From a virus (taxonomy: Duplodnaviria > Caudoviricetes): DNA of 64,000 bases. A program made the position numbers and the translations under genes. Positions 48,411-56,593 of this stretch are shown here, piece after piece. Position 1 is the stretch's first letter. Each line of letters begins with the position of its first letter. The notes below the pieces were generated by a model that searched no databases, was not told the origin of the DNA, and was given only the letters and a program-made list of their open reading frames with translations. The stretch spans positions 192,001-256,000 of IMG/VR virus record IMGVR_UViG_3300029288_000057. One strand, 5' to 3'.

Positions 48411-50120
48411 ATGATTTATTACGTTAGGACTGATGGCTCAAATACAAACTCTGGGACAGGATATACCACTTCAGAGGCTTTTTTAACAGTGGCAAAAGCA
48501 ATTACTGTGGTTGCAGCTGGTGACACGGTATATATTGCACCTGGCACTTATTATGAAACGATGACGCTCGCAACAGCAGGAACATTTGGAGAGATTATTA
48601 GCTGGCGGGGCGATAGAGAAGCTCAATATTTTATTGATTTAAAACCAAATTATGTTAGAATAACGGCGTGTAATTCCTCAACAGGAATACCAACCACAGC
48701 ATCAATATTAAATTGTAATACGAAAGGATATAATGATTTTTATAGTTTAGTATTTGATGGCACATCTGGTAACAACAACGGTATTATCAATCCTACAACC
48801 ATAACTAGATTTTATGATTGTATGATATTTTCGGACCAGATTGGTATTCTTGCTAGTGTGGCCGCAAATTGTCTTCTATATAGATGTTTTGTAGCAGGTG
48901 GAGCTTGTGGAATTAGAAATTGTACATCTTATAATTGCATTGCTATAGGCGCTGGTGGTGCCTCTTCTTCAGGGGGTTTTTATGTTGGAGCAGCTTATAA
49001 TTGTATATCAATGGCATCAGCCTATTATGGATTCAATTCTGTACCAACCTGTTACAATTGTACCGCATATGGTTCTGTTTATTCTTTTTATAATTGTTTA
49101 AAAACGGTAAATTGTACGGCTGTCTTTGGTTTTGCCGGATTTGCTGGAACAGGTACTCAAAAATATACTAAATGTAAAGCAATAACTTGTTCATATGCTG
49201 CATATGGGACAAGTTTAACATCTCCTTTGAATATAAGTGATATTAGACACACACATTGTAACAGTGTTCAAAGAGGTAGCACTTATGAAACAGGAACACC
49301 AACAGAAATTGCGTATGAAGGATATACAGATGTGTCAAGGATTTTGAAAATAGCAACAGCTTTTAAACAAGATTTATTTTCACAGGATTGGAGTTCTGAT
49401 TTGCACAATTTGACTGTTTCAGGAAACATATTGGCAGCAAACGATTATGTTTCCATTGGAACATATACAGGACAAACATTATATCAGAGTGTGTTTAAAG
49501 ACAATTTGATATTTTATTCCACACTAAGTGCTACAACTTGGGTTATACAAGCAAACACTGGCTCAACACCAGATGAGACTGCAACAAATTATGCATACTT
49601 TTCAAGTACAACGCCTATTGGTACATATATAAATGTAGGTACGTGGACTGGAACAACTGTAATAGCGGATTATACAGCAATAACATTTTCTGAAAACTAT
49701 GATATTTTAAAACACCCAAGAAGAATGGGGAATGGAATACTTGATTGTGGCGCCTATGAATACTCAACAACATCTCTTGATTGGACAACATACCACTCTT
49801 CAGCTCCTTCTGTAAAAATATCACAAGCTGGATATAAAAGAATTTCTGTTCCTGTTAAATCTGGGACTACAAAAACTATATCATGTTGGACTTATTTTAA
49901 TTTGTCTGGAGAAACAAGTAAACCACAACTAATTATTACGTCACCACAGGATGTTTTAACAACCAACCCAGTTATATTAACTGCAACTGGTTCCGAGTTG
50001 ACTTGGGAACAATTGACAACTACGATAACTCCAAAAGCAGACGGAATTATGAACATTGAGATGTACAGTAGAACAACTGGTTCGACAACATATTCTCTTT
50101 TTAATGATTTTAGAATATAA
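48411..50120 (+). CDS. Right-handed beta-helix virion protein (DUF1565-like N-terminus, Cys ladder)
   Basis: MIYYVRTDGSNTNSG...AFLTVAKA...AGDTVYIAPGTY; repeated YNC; DILKHPR...DCGAYEY. Confidence 0.72.
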   Translation: MIYYVRTDGSNTNSGTGYTTSEAFLTVAKAITVVAAGDTVYIAPGTYYETMTLATAGTFGEIISWRGDREAQYFIDLKPNYVRITACNSSTGIPTTASILNCNTKGYNDFYSLVFDGTSGNNNGIINPTTITRFYDCMIFSDQIGILASVAANCLLYRCFVAGGACGIRNCTSYNCIAIGAGGASSSGGFYVGAAYNCISMASAYYGFNSVPTCYNCTAYGSVYSFYNCLKTVNCTAVFGFAGFAGTGTQKYTKCKAITCSYAAYGTSLTSPLNISDIRHTHCNSVQRGSTYETGTPTEIAYEGYTDVSRILKIATAFKQDLFSQDWSSDLHNLTVSGNILAANDYVSIGTYTGQTLYQSVFKDNLIFYSTLSATTWVIQANTGSTPDETATNYAYFSSTTPIGTYINVGTWTGTTVIADYTAITFSENYDILKHPRRMGNGILDCGAYEYSTTSLDWTTYHSSAPSVKISQAGYKRISVPVKSGTTKTISCWTYFNLSGETSKPQLIITSPQDVLTTNPVILTATGSELTWEQLTTTITPKADGIMNIEMYSRTTGSTTYSLFNDFRI

Positions 50121-50165
50121 AAAGACGATTTAGAATATTGTTGAATATTTATATTAAATAAACAG

Positions 50166-50474
50166 ATGAAAATATTTACAGGTCAAACGATTTATGAGAC
50201 AATTGTGTCTGTAGACACAAATAACAATCCAGTTTCTGCGGCAACATTGACGACAATTCTATATAAGAATGGCACTGCCTATACAGAAAGTTCAGTAAGC
50301 GTTTCCTTAACTGATGTAACAAACGCAATATTTACTGTCTCATGGTCTGCAGTATCTTATGGAAATTATCAGTTATATTCGAAAAATGAGACAACAAATC
50401 TTATATATACTTCTGATGTTTATTTAGCGGTGCCTGATGATGAAGAAACGGCCACTGTATATGTTGGACTTTAA
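50166..50474 (+). CDS. Small Ig-like virion protein
   Basis: 102 aa, Ser/Thr-rich, TATTTAT upstream. Confidence 0.6.
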   Translation: MKIFTGQTIYETIVSVDTNNNPVSAATLTTILYKNGTAYTESSVSVSLTDVTNAIFTVSWSAVSYGNYQLYSKNETTNLIYTSDVYLAVPDDEETATVYVGL

Positions 50475-50487
50475 AGAATAATTAAAA

Positions 50488-51195
50488 GTGGCAGACAGAG
50501 AAGTAAAATATATTTTTAGGAAAAAGGACACTTCTGGTTCTACGTTACCATCTGATGGGATGGTCGCAGAGCCATTTGTTAACACTTTTGAGGGTAGGAT
50601 GTTCTTTTATGGAACTCCTGGTGGAAGCTATAGTGCTGTAACTGGACAACCCAATGTATTTGAGGTTGGTGCAAATGTAGATTATATATACGCCAAAAGT
50701 GGAATCACAACTCCTTATATTAATGCTGGAATTATGCTTTCTGGTGGAACGAATTTATATGATATATTTATACCTTCTGGAAGTTCTACTGGGGGTGGTG
50801 GATATCCAATACAACCTGGATTAAACACATATACAGGAGGAACATATAGTTCACAAACGATAAATGTTTCTGCGGCCACTTTGGATAATTTATCTGTAAG
50901 CGGAGCAACTTCTTTAGGTTCAGTTTCTGCGACGACTTTAATTTCTGGAAGCACAAATTTGTACGATATATTTGATGTAAAAGGAAGTGAGGATATAACT
51001 CGTGTTCAGCCAGGAGCCAATACATATACGGCGGGAACAGACAATAACCCGTCTGTAAATGTTTCTGCTGCGACTTTGGATAATTTAGCTGTAAGTGGAG
51101 TCTCGACTTTGAGTATTATCACGGCAACGACAATTTCTGCAACGACAATAGTGTGTGCAAGTTTACCAAGTCCCTATTTTACTTGGGATATGTAA
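50488..51195 (+). CDS. Short fibre-family protein, paralog of 45327..47972 and 43317..43817
   Basis: Two SG(G/S)TNLYDIF-QPG(L/A)NTYT modules; C-terminus identical to that of 45327..47972. Confidence 0.72.
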   Translation: MADREVKYIFRKKDTSGSTLPSDGMVAEPFVNTFEGRMFFYGTPGGSYSAVTGQPNVFEVGANVDYIYAKSGITTPYINAGIMLSGGTNLYDIFIPSGSSTGGGGYPIQPGLNTYTGGTYSSQTINVSAATLDNLSVSGATSLGSVSATTLISGSTNLYDIFDVKGSEDITRVQPGANTYTAGTDNNPSVNVSAATLDNLAVSGVSTLSIITATTISATTIVCASLPSPYFTWDM

Positions 51196-51219
51196 AAAAA
51201 TATAAAATATGAAGAAAAA

Positions 51220-51303
51220 ACAGATAGTTTAATGTCCATAGAATTATACAGTAGAACAACAGGGTCAACCACATACGCCTTGTTTAACGACTTCAGAATA
51301 TAG
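51220..51303 (+). pseudogene. Orphan 3' fragment of a paralog of 48411..50120
   Basis: MSIELYSRTTGSTTYALFNDFRI* versus MNIEMYSRTTGSTTYSLFNDFRI* at the end of 48411..50120. Confidence 0.75.
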
Positions 51304-51346
51304 CAATTCTGTTTTTTGCCCTATTTATATAGAAATGTAATACAGA

Positions 51347-54166
51347 ATGACTTTATCAGAGCGCCAAAGTGAATATATAAAATGTGCGACAGACCCCCTT
51401 TATTATTTAAACAATTATGGGTATGTTTTTGATGCACAAAAGCAGCGTGTTAACAAGATGACGTGCTTTGAGTACCAGGAGGATTGCGTTTTTAAATTTC
51501 ACAAATATAGAAACAATGTTGTTCTAAAATCGAGGCAGTGTTTACCAGAAAACACGTTTGTAGACACGCCAAATGGACCTAAAGCAATACAAGATTTTAA
51601 AATAGGAGATGAATTATATTCATTTAATTTGGAAACTAATGAATTAGAAATCGACAAAATCAAAGATGCATGGGTTAGCGGAGAAAGACAGTGTGTTAAA
51701 TTTAAACTTCAAGACACAAGAAATTTTGAAGTTGGAGAAAACCATCCATTTTTTATTAAAGGAAAAGGATGGGTTAAGGCAGGAGAATTAAACCGAGGAG
51801 ATGAGATAATTGACATCAATTTAGGTTTTGGAAACAAACATATTGATGAAAACGAGGTAAAAATACTGTCGTATCTCATAACGGATGGTTGTACTTTAAA
51901 ACAAGTTAAATTCACAAATAACAATTTAAAATATCTTCAAGAGTTTGAACAAAGCGCTAATTTTATTTTTCCAGATTTAGAAATTAGAAAAGTTAAAAAA
52001 CTTAAAGGATTTGATTATTACCCCCACCAAAAGCACGGAGAAAGCACAAAAAGTTCTATTATGGAATGGTGCGAAAGATATGGAATAGCGAACAAAAAGA
52101 CAGAACAGAAACTGCTGCCAAATGATGTTTTTAATTGGGACAAAGAAAGTGTTTCTTTGTTAATAAACAGAATGTTTGCTGGAGATGGGTGGATAAGTAT
52201 TTACAAAAAAAAACTAAGTAATAGATTAGAACTTGGAATTGCGTCCCCATCTTTGTTTTTAATGGAGCAGATAAAATCTTTATTGAAAAAGTTCAATATC
52301 AAATGTAATATTTATGAAGTTAAAAACATGAAGCTTCAAAAAAACATATTTTATAAACTTAGAATTACACATTCAAAAAGTGCAATAAAATTTGTAAGAG
52401 AGATTGGTATATTTGATAAAGTAAGAGATGAACATTTTGAAATTTGTGAAAACTACAAACATGATGTAAAAAATAGTTCTATAATAAAAAAAATAGAAAA
52501 GACGGATGTTAAAAAATGTTTTGATATTTCTGTTGAAAAAAACGAAAATTTCCTTATAAATGGATTGTTAACTCACAATACTGGCCTCTCAGTAATCACA
52601 GCGGGCTATGTGGCATGGAGAATTATTTTCAGAAAAGATGAAAAAATATTAATTATTGCGAATGATGGAGATGGCGCTGTTAGATTTTTGGCTGCGGTAA
52701 AACAATTTGTGGAATATACACCAACATGGCTTCTTCCTGGTAGTGACGGAAAACCACTTACCAACAATCAAAAAGAAATCGTATTAAAAAACAAATCTTT
52801 TGCAAAAGCAAAAGCAAGTAGTCCAGAAGCTGGACGTGGAGAAGCTTTGACATTATTAGTTCTTGATGAAACTGCATTTATTGAAAACGCTGATACAATT
52901 TGGATGGCAGCTGGACTTGCATTGTCAGCAACCCATGGAAAATGTATCATGGTATCAACCCCCAATGGAACATCAAACTTATATCACAATATTTGGACAG
53001 AAGCAGAAAAAAAACAAAGCACTTTTGAACCAGATGATTTTGTCCCCACAAGAGTTCATTGGAAGCAGAATCCATATTGTGCCGAAGGAATTGAATTAAG
53101 GGAAGATGAAAGTGGAGAAAAGGTTTATTGGAGCCCTTGGTATGAGGGAGAGTGTAAAAGAATGCAATATGACAAAGTAAAGATTGCACAGGAGCTTGAT
53201 TTATCTTTTGAGGGGTCTAAATATTTGGCTATCGAAAATGAATTAATAAGTAAATATGATAAGCGTTTACTTTTACCAGAATATCAATTAATTGATAAAA
53301 ATAAAACTTATTATGATTATAAAAATAAGCCAGGAGAAAGGTTTGTTAATTATGAAACGAGTTTTACTATATTTAAACCATATATCCCAGGACATAAATA
53401 TATTCTTGGTGGGGACGTAGCAAGAGGTGATGGGACGGACTACTCAACGATTGAGATAATTGATATAGAAACATTAGAAGTTGTGGCGGAATATAGAGAC
53501 AAAATAGCCCCTGACCTTTTTGCTCATGTTATTTACAATGTGGGAATGGATTATGGAGAAGCATATTTAGTTGTTGAATGTAACAGTTTCGGTTTGGCCA
53601 CGGCAATTGATTTGAGCAGAAAGATGAATTATAAAAGAATGCATTATTCTAAAAACATTCAGGAAATTATTGTTAGGCCTTATAATTACAAAGTAGAAGA
53701 AAATGAAACCATCCCAGGATTTCAAACAACAAAAAAAACAAGACCGCTTGTTGTAAATAACATACGAACTCACTTAAGAGAAGGAACATTAAAAATTTAT
53801 TCAAAATTCTTGATGAATGAATTCAAAACATTTATTCAAAAGGGAGACAGGCCAGAAGCAGAAAAGGGAAAAAATGATGACTTGATATTTGCTTTAGGGA
53901 TAGGGTTGTTTATAAGGGATACAGAATATCAAAATGCTGCAGCTTCAGCAGAAATGTATAAAGGTATGCTTGATGCGATTGGATATGTTAGCAAAACAAT
54001 CAATGGTACAGATTTTTCATCTAATCCAGCATCAGAAAACATTTCAGATATTCCCCCCGATGCTGGAGGAATTTTCTTTAATGATTTTAGCAGTCAAAGA
54101 GATAATAAATCAGATGACTTTAATGATATTGATTGGTTGTTATCTCCCACATCCAAAAAAACTTGA
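51347..54166 (+). CDS. Terminase large subunit (T4 gp17-like) containing an intein
   Basis: LKSRQ/TGLS Walker A split by intein, LVLDETAF Walker B, STPNG, GGDVARGDG.DYS, NDDL. Confidence 0.95.
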   Translation: MTLSERQSEYIKCATDPLYYLNNYGYVFDAQKQRVNKMTCFEYQEDCVFKFHKYRNNVVLKSRQCLPENTFVDTPNGPKAIQDFKIGDELYSFNLETNELEIDKIKDAWVSGERQCVKFKLQDTRNFEVGENHPFFIKGKGWVKAGELNRGDEIIDINLGFGNKHIDENEVKILSYLITDGCTLKQVKFTNNNLKYLQEFEQSANFIFPDLEIRKVKKLKGFDYYPHQKHGESTKSSIMEWCERYGIANKKTEQKLLPNDVFNWDKESVSLLINRMFAGDGWISIYKKKLSNRLELGIASPSLFLMEQIKSLLKKFNIKCNIYEVKNMKLQKNIFYKLRITHSKSAIKFVREIGIFDKVRDEHFEICENYKHDVKNSSIIKKIEKTDVKKCFDISVEKNENFLINGLLTHNTGLSVITAGYVAWRIIFRKDEKILIIANDGDGAVRFLAAVKQFVEYTPTWLLPGSDGKPLTNNQKEIVLKNKSFAKAKASSPEAGRGEALTLLVLDETAFIENADTIWMAAGLALSATHGKCIMVSTPNGTSNLYHNIWTEAEKKQSTFEPDDFVPTRVHWKQNPYCAEGIELREDESGEKVYWSPWYEGECKRMQYDKVKIAQELDLSFEGSKYLAIENELISKYDKRLLLPEYQLIDKNKTYYDYKNKPGERFVNYETSFTIFKPYIPGHKYILGGDVARGDGTDYSTIEIIDIETLEVVAEYRDKIAPDLFAHVIYNVGMDYGEAYLVVECNSFGLATAIDLSRKMNYKRMHYSKNIQEIIVRPYNYKVEENETIPGFQTTKKTRPLVVNNIRTHLREGTLKIYSKFLMNEFKTFIQKGDRPEAEKGKNDDLIFALGIGLFIRDTEYQNAAASAEMYKGMLDAIGYVSKTINGTDFSSNPASENISDIPPDAGGIFFNDFSSQRDNKSDDFNDIDWLLSPTSKKT
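51539..52579 (+). mobile_element. Intein (347 aa) with LAGLIDADG homing endonuclease
   Basis: Starts CLPENTFV, ends LLTHN followed by Thr; internal ILSYLITDGC and RMFAGDGWI motifs. Confidence 0.92.
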
Positions 54167-54208
54167 TTTTAGATTAAAATTTATTATATTTATTAAAAAC
54201 AAAAACAA

Positions 54209-56311
54209 ATGGCAGACGAATCAAAAAAAGGCGCAAGTATATTTGGCGGAGTATTAGACGCAATTAACACAAGTAGAAGAAAGAAAAGCACCATAGACCC
54301 CAGAAGTCCAGGCATGGGTGTTACTCAAACAATGCCAACTCTTGACCCACAGGGCGGTGTTGAGCATATGCAACAACAGTTTTTAGACTGGCAAGTACAC
54401 AAAATATCTCATGATTTATATACGAGAACAATTTATTACGACACTGATAGAATAAGTGCATATCAGGATTTCAGAGCTATGGATGGAACACCAGAAATAG
54501 CTGCGGCTTTAAATATAATTCGTGATGAGTGTTTAACGAGAAGTGAACGTGGGAATATTCTTGAGGTTTATTCAGAAAACAAAAGGGTTAAGCAAGTTTT
54601 ACAAGATTTGTTCAAAAACGTTATAAATGTTGATTTTAACTTAAGGCTTTGGATAAGAGATTTAGTAAAATATGGAGATTATTTTGTATTGTTGCAAATC
54701 GACAAAGAGGTTGGTATATATGATTTTCTTACGCCTCCAATGGAAGAGGTACACAGAGAAGAAGGGTTTGATGGAAGGACAAGTTCGATAAGATTCAGAT
54801 GGGAAACTACTGGTGATTATTTTGAAGAATGGCAAATAGCACATTTTAGATTGTTAGAAGACAGCAGAAAACTTCCCTATGGACGTTCGATATTGGACTC
54901 AAGTAGAAAACTTTGGAAACAATTGCAGCTTGCAGAAGACGCAATGCTTGTTTACCGTATTACAAGGGCACCAGACAGAAGAATTTTTTACATTGAGGTT
55001 GGTAATTTGCCAGATGCTGATGTAAAAACCTACATGGGAAAAATTCAGAATCAAATCAGGAAACAGCCAATTATTGATGTTAAGACTGGTAATACGACAC
55101 AAAAATATGACCCAGAAAATGTAACAGAAGATTATTGGATACCGATTAGAGGAGATAAATCTTCGAAGGTGGAAACGTTACCAGGCGCATCAAACATGGG
55201 AGATATCCATGATATTGAATATTTACAGAACAAATTATTTGCAGCACTTCAGGTGCCAAAAACATATTTGAATTTTGCAGAATCAATGCCAGGAGGAAGT
55301 ACTCTTTCTCAAGCTGATATTAGATTCTCAAGAACAATTAATTCAATTCAGGAAGCTATTTTATTAGAGCTTAGAAGAGTTGCGAATGTTCACTTATACT
55401 TTGCTGGTCTTTTAGATGATATAGACAATTTCCAACTTACACTGACAAATCCATCGACACAACAAGAGTTGTTGAAGTTGGAAACAATGAAGGCGAGATT
55501 GGAAGTTTTTAAGGAATTCTTCAACACTGAAGCTACGGCTCCAGCATCTTATACTTGGGCTATGGAAAATGTATTAGGGTTCTCAAAGTCTGATATTAAA
55601 TTAATGCTGAAGCAGAAAAAAGTTGAAAAGAAAATATTTGCTGAAATTGATAGTGCTGTTGAAACATATAAGAAAATTGGTTTGTTTGATGAATTGGATG
55701 AAAGATATGAAGACCCAGAAGCAGCGGCGGCAGTTGCTGCAGGCGGAGGCGCTGGTGCAGCAGGAGATGAAGGGGCAGGAGCAGATATGGGCGGCGGCGG
55801 AGGCGGCGGAAGCTTTGGTGGCATGGGAGGTGGATTAGACATGGGCGCAGGGATAACGCCAGAACCAGGCGCTGAGCCAGGTGCTGAACCAGGGGCGGAA
55901 CCAGGAGCTGAGCCAGGGGCAGAAGAAGTTCCCCCATTAGCTGAAGGAAAAATGGTAAGATTTATGAAAAAATCAGATAAGAGAATGAATAGTTTTATTA
56001 ATGAACTATTGGGACCAGATGAAGAAATCATAAAACTTATGGAAGAAAAGCAAAAAAAGGAAGATAATGTTTTGGTAAAGAAAAACAGCTCAATGAATAT
56101 TAAAACAAAACAACTTTTGGAATCTATTGATAGGACAATTAACAGTGTTACTGTAACTGGTGAAACAAAGAGTGTTTTGAGTGAGGGCGAAGAACAGGCA
56201 GTTCCAAACGAAGATATTCTTTTTGAGGGAAATGAAAAAAACAATGAAAAAACAAAAGAAATATTCGAAGAATTGGATAAAATAACATATCCAGATACTG
56301 ATACAAAATAA
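54209..56311 (+). CDS. Portal protein (T4 gp20-like) with long low-complexity C-terminal extension
   Basis: PYGRSIL, EDAMLVYRITRAPDRRIFYIEVGNLP, EDYWIPIRG, TLPG, DIRFSRTI. Confidence 0.95.
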   Translation: MADESKKGASIFGGVLDAINTSRRKKSTIDPRSPGMGVTQTMPTLDPQGGVEHMQQQFLDWQVHKISHDLYTRTIYYDTDRISAYQDFRAMDGTPEIAAALNIIRDECLTRSERGNILEVYSENKRVKQVLQDLFKNVINVDFNLRLWIRDLVKYGDYFVLLQIDKEVGIYDFLTPPMEEVHREEGFDGRTSSIRFRWETTGDYFEEWQIAHFRLLEDSRKLPYGRSILDSSRKLWKQLQLAEDAMLVYRITRAPDRRIFYIEVGNLPDADVKTYMGKIQNQIRKQPIIDVKTGNTTQKYDPENVTEDYWIPIRGDKSSKVETLPGASNMGDIHDIEYLQNKLFAALQVPKTYLNFAESMPGGSTLSQADIRFSRTINSIQEAILLELRRVANVHLYFAGLLDDIDNFQLTLTNPSTQQELLKLETMKARLEVFKEFFNTEATAPASYTWAMENVLGFSKSDIKLMLKQKKVEKKIFAEIDSAVETYKKIGLFDELDERYEDPEAAAAVAAGGGAGAAGDEGAGADMGGGGGGGSFGGMGGGLDMGAGITPEPGAEPGAEPGAEPGAEPGAEEVPPLAEGKMVRFMKKSDKRMNSFINELLGPDEEIIKLMEEKQKKEDNVLVKKNSSMNIKTKQLLESIDRTINSVTVTGETKSVLSEGEEQAVPNEDILFEGNEKNNEKTKEIFEELDKITYPDTDTK
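55860..55925 (+). repeat. In-frame 12-nt repeat (EPGA)x5 preceded by a Gly/Ala-rich GC-rich tract
   Basis: gaaccaggcgct-gagccaggtgct-gaaccaggggcg-gaaccaggagct-gagccaggggca. Confidence 0.85.
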
Positions 56312-56523
56312 TGGATTTTTATAATTTAAAAAATGACTGGGAAAACCACAAAACCTTAACTGATGAATTAGAAAAGGATTTGGAGAACTTTGTAAAAAGG
56401 CCTATGTCAAGAAAGTGGGGAGCTTTTATAAGAAAGAAATCAAAAGAAATTGACAGGTTGGGGAAAAGAATTAAAAAAAACATTATCCTACAAAGGCAAG
56501 ATTATCAGAGCGATTATAGTTAA
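56311..56523 (+). CDS. Small basic helical protein, possibly Hc1/Bacteroidota histone H1-like
   Basis: LTDELEKDLENFV...GAFIRKKSKEI..LGKRIK resembles the Hc1 helical pattern. Confidence 0.45.
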   Translation: MDFYNLKNDWENHKTLTDELEKDLENFVKRPMSRKWGAFIRKKSKEIDRLGKRIKKNIILQRQDYQSDYS

Positions 56524-56547
56524 GTCAGATTTATTCTGACTTTTTTT
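56522..56547 (+). terminator. Intrinsic terminator
   Basis: aagtcaga-tttat-tctgacttttttt. Confidence 0.75.
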
Positions 56548-56583
56548 ATGAAAATTCATAACTTTTTCTTATATTTGCGTATA
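56547..56583 (+). promoter_or_regulatory. Putative dnaE promoter(s)
   Basis: TATG-N19-TATATTTG overlapping TAAC-N15-CGTATA. Confidence 0.5.
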
Positions 56584-56593
56584 TTGAAAAAAG

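Noticed and set aside
50041-51303. Diversity-generating retroelement TR/VR pair (50049-50120 versus 51232-51303)
   Set aside because: Differences are mostly synonymous third-position changes at all bases, not adenine-specific, and no reverse transcriptase is in the window
55549-56244. 231-aa minus-strand ORF and similar antisense ORFs (29758..30252, 17725..18078, 29256..29687, 59233..59691)
   Set aside because: Shadows of low-complexity or biased sense-strand coding sequence, fully overlapping confident genes
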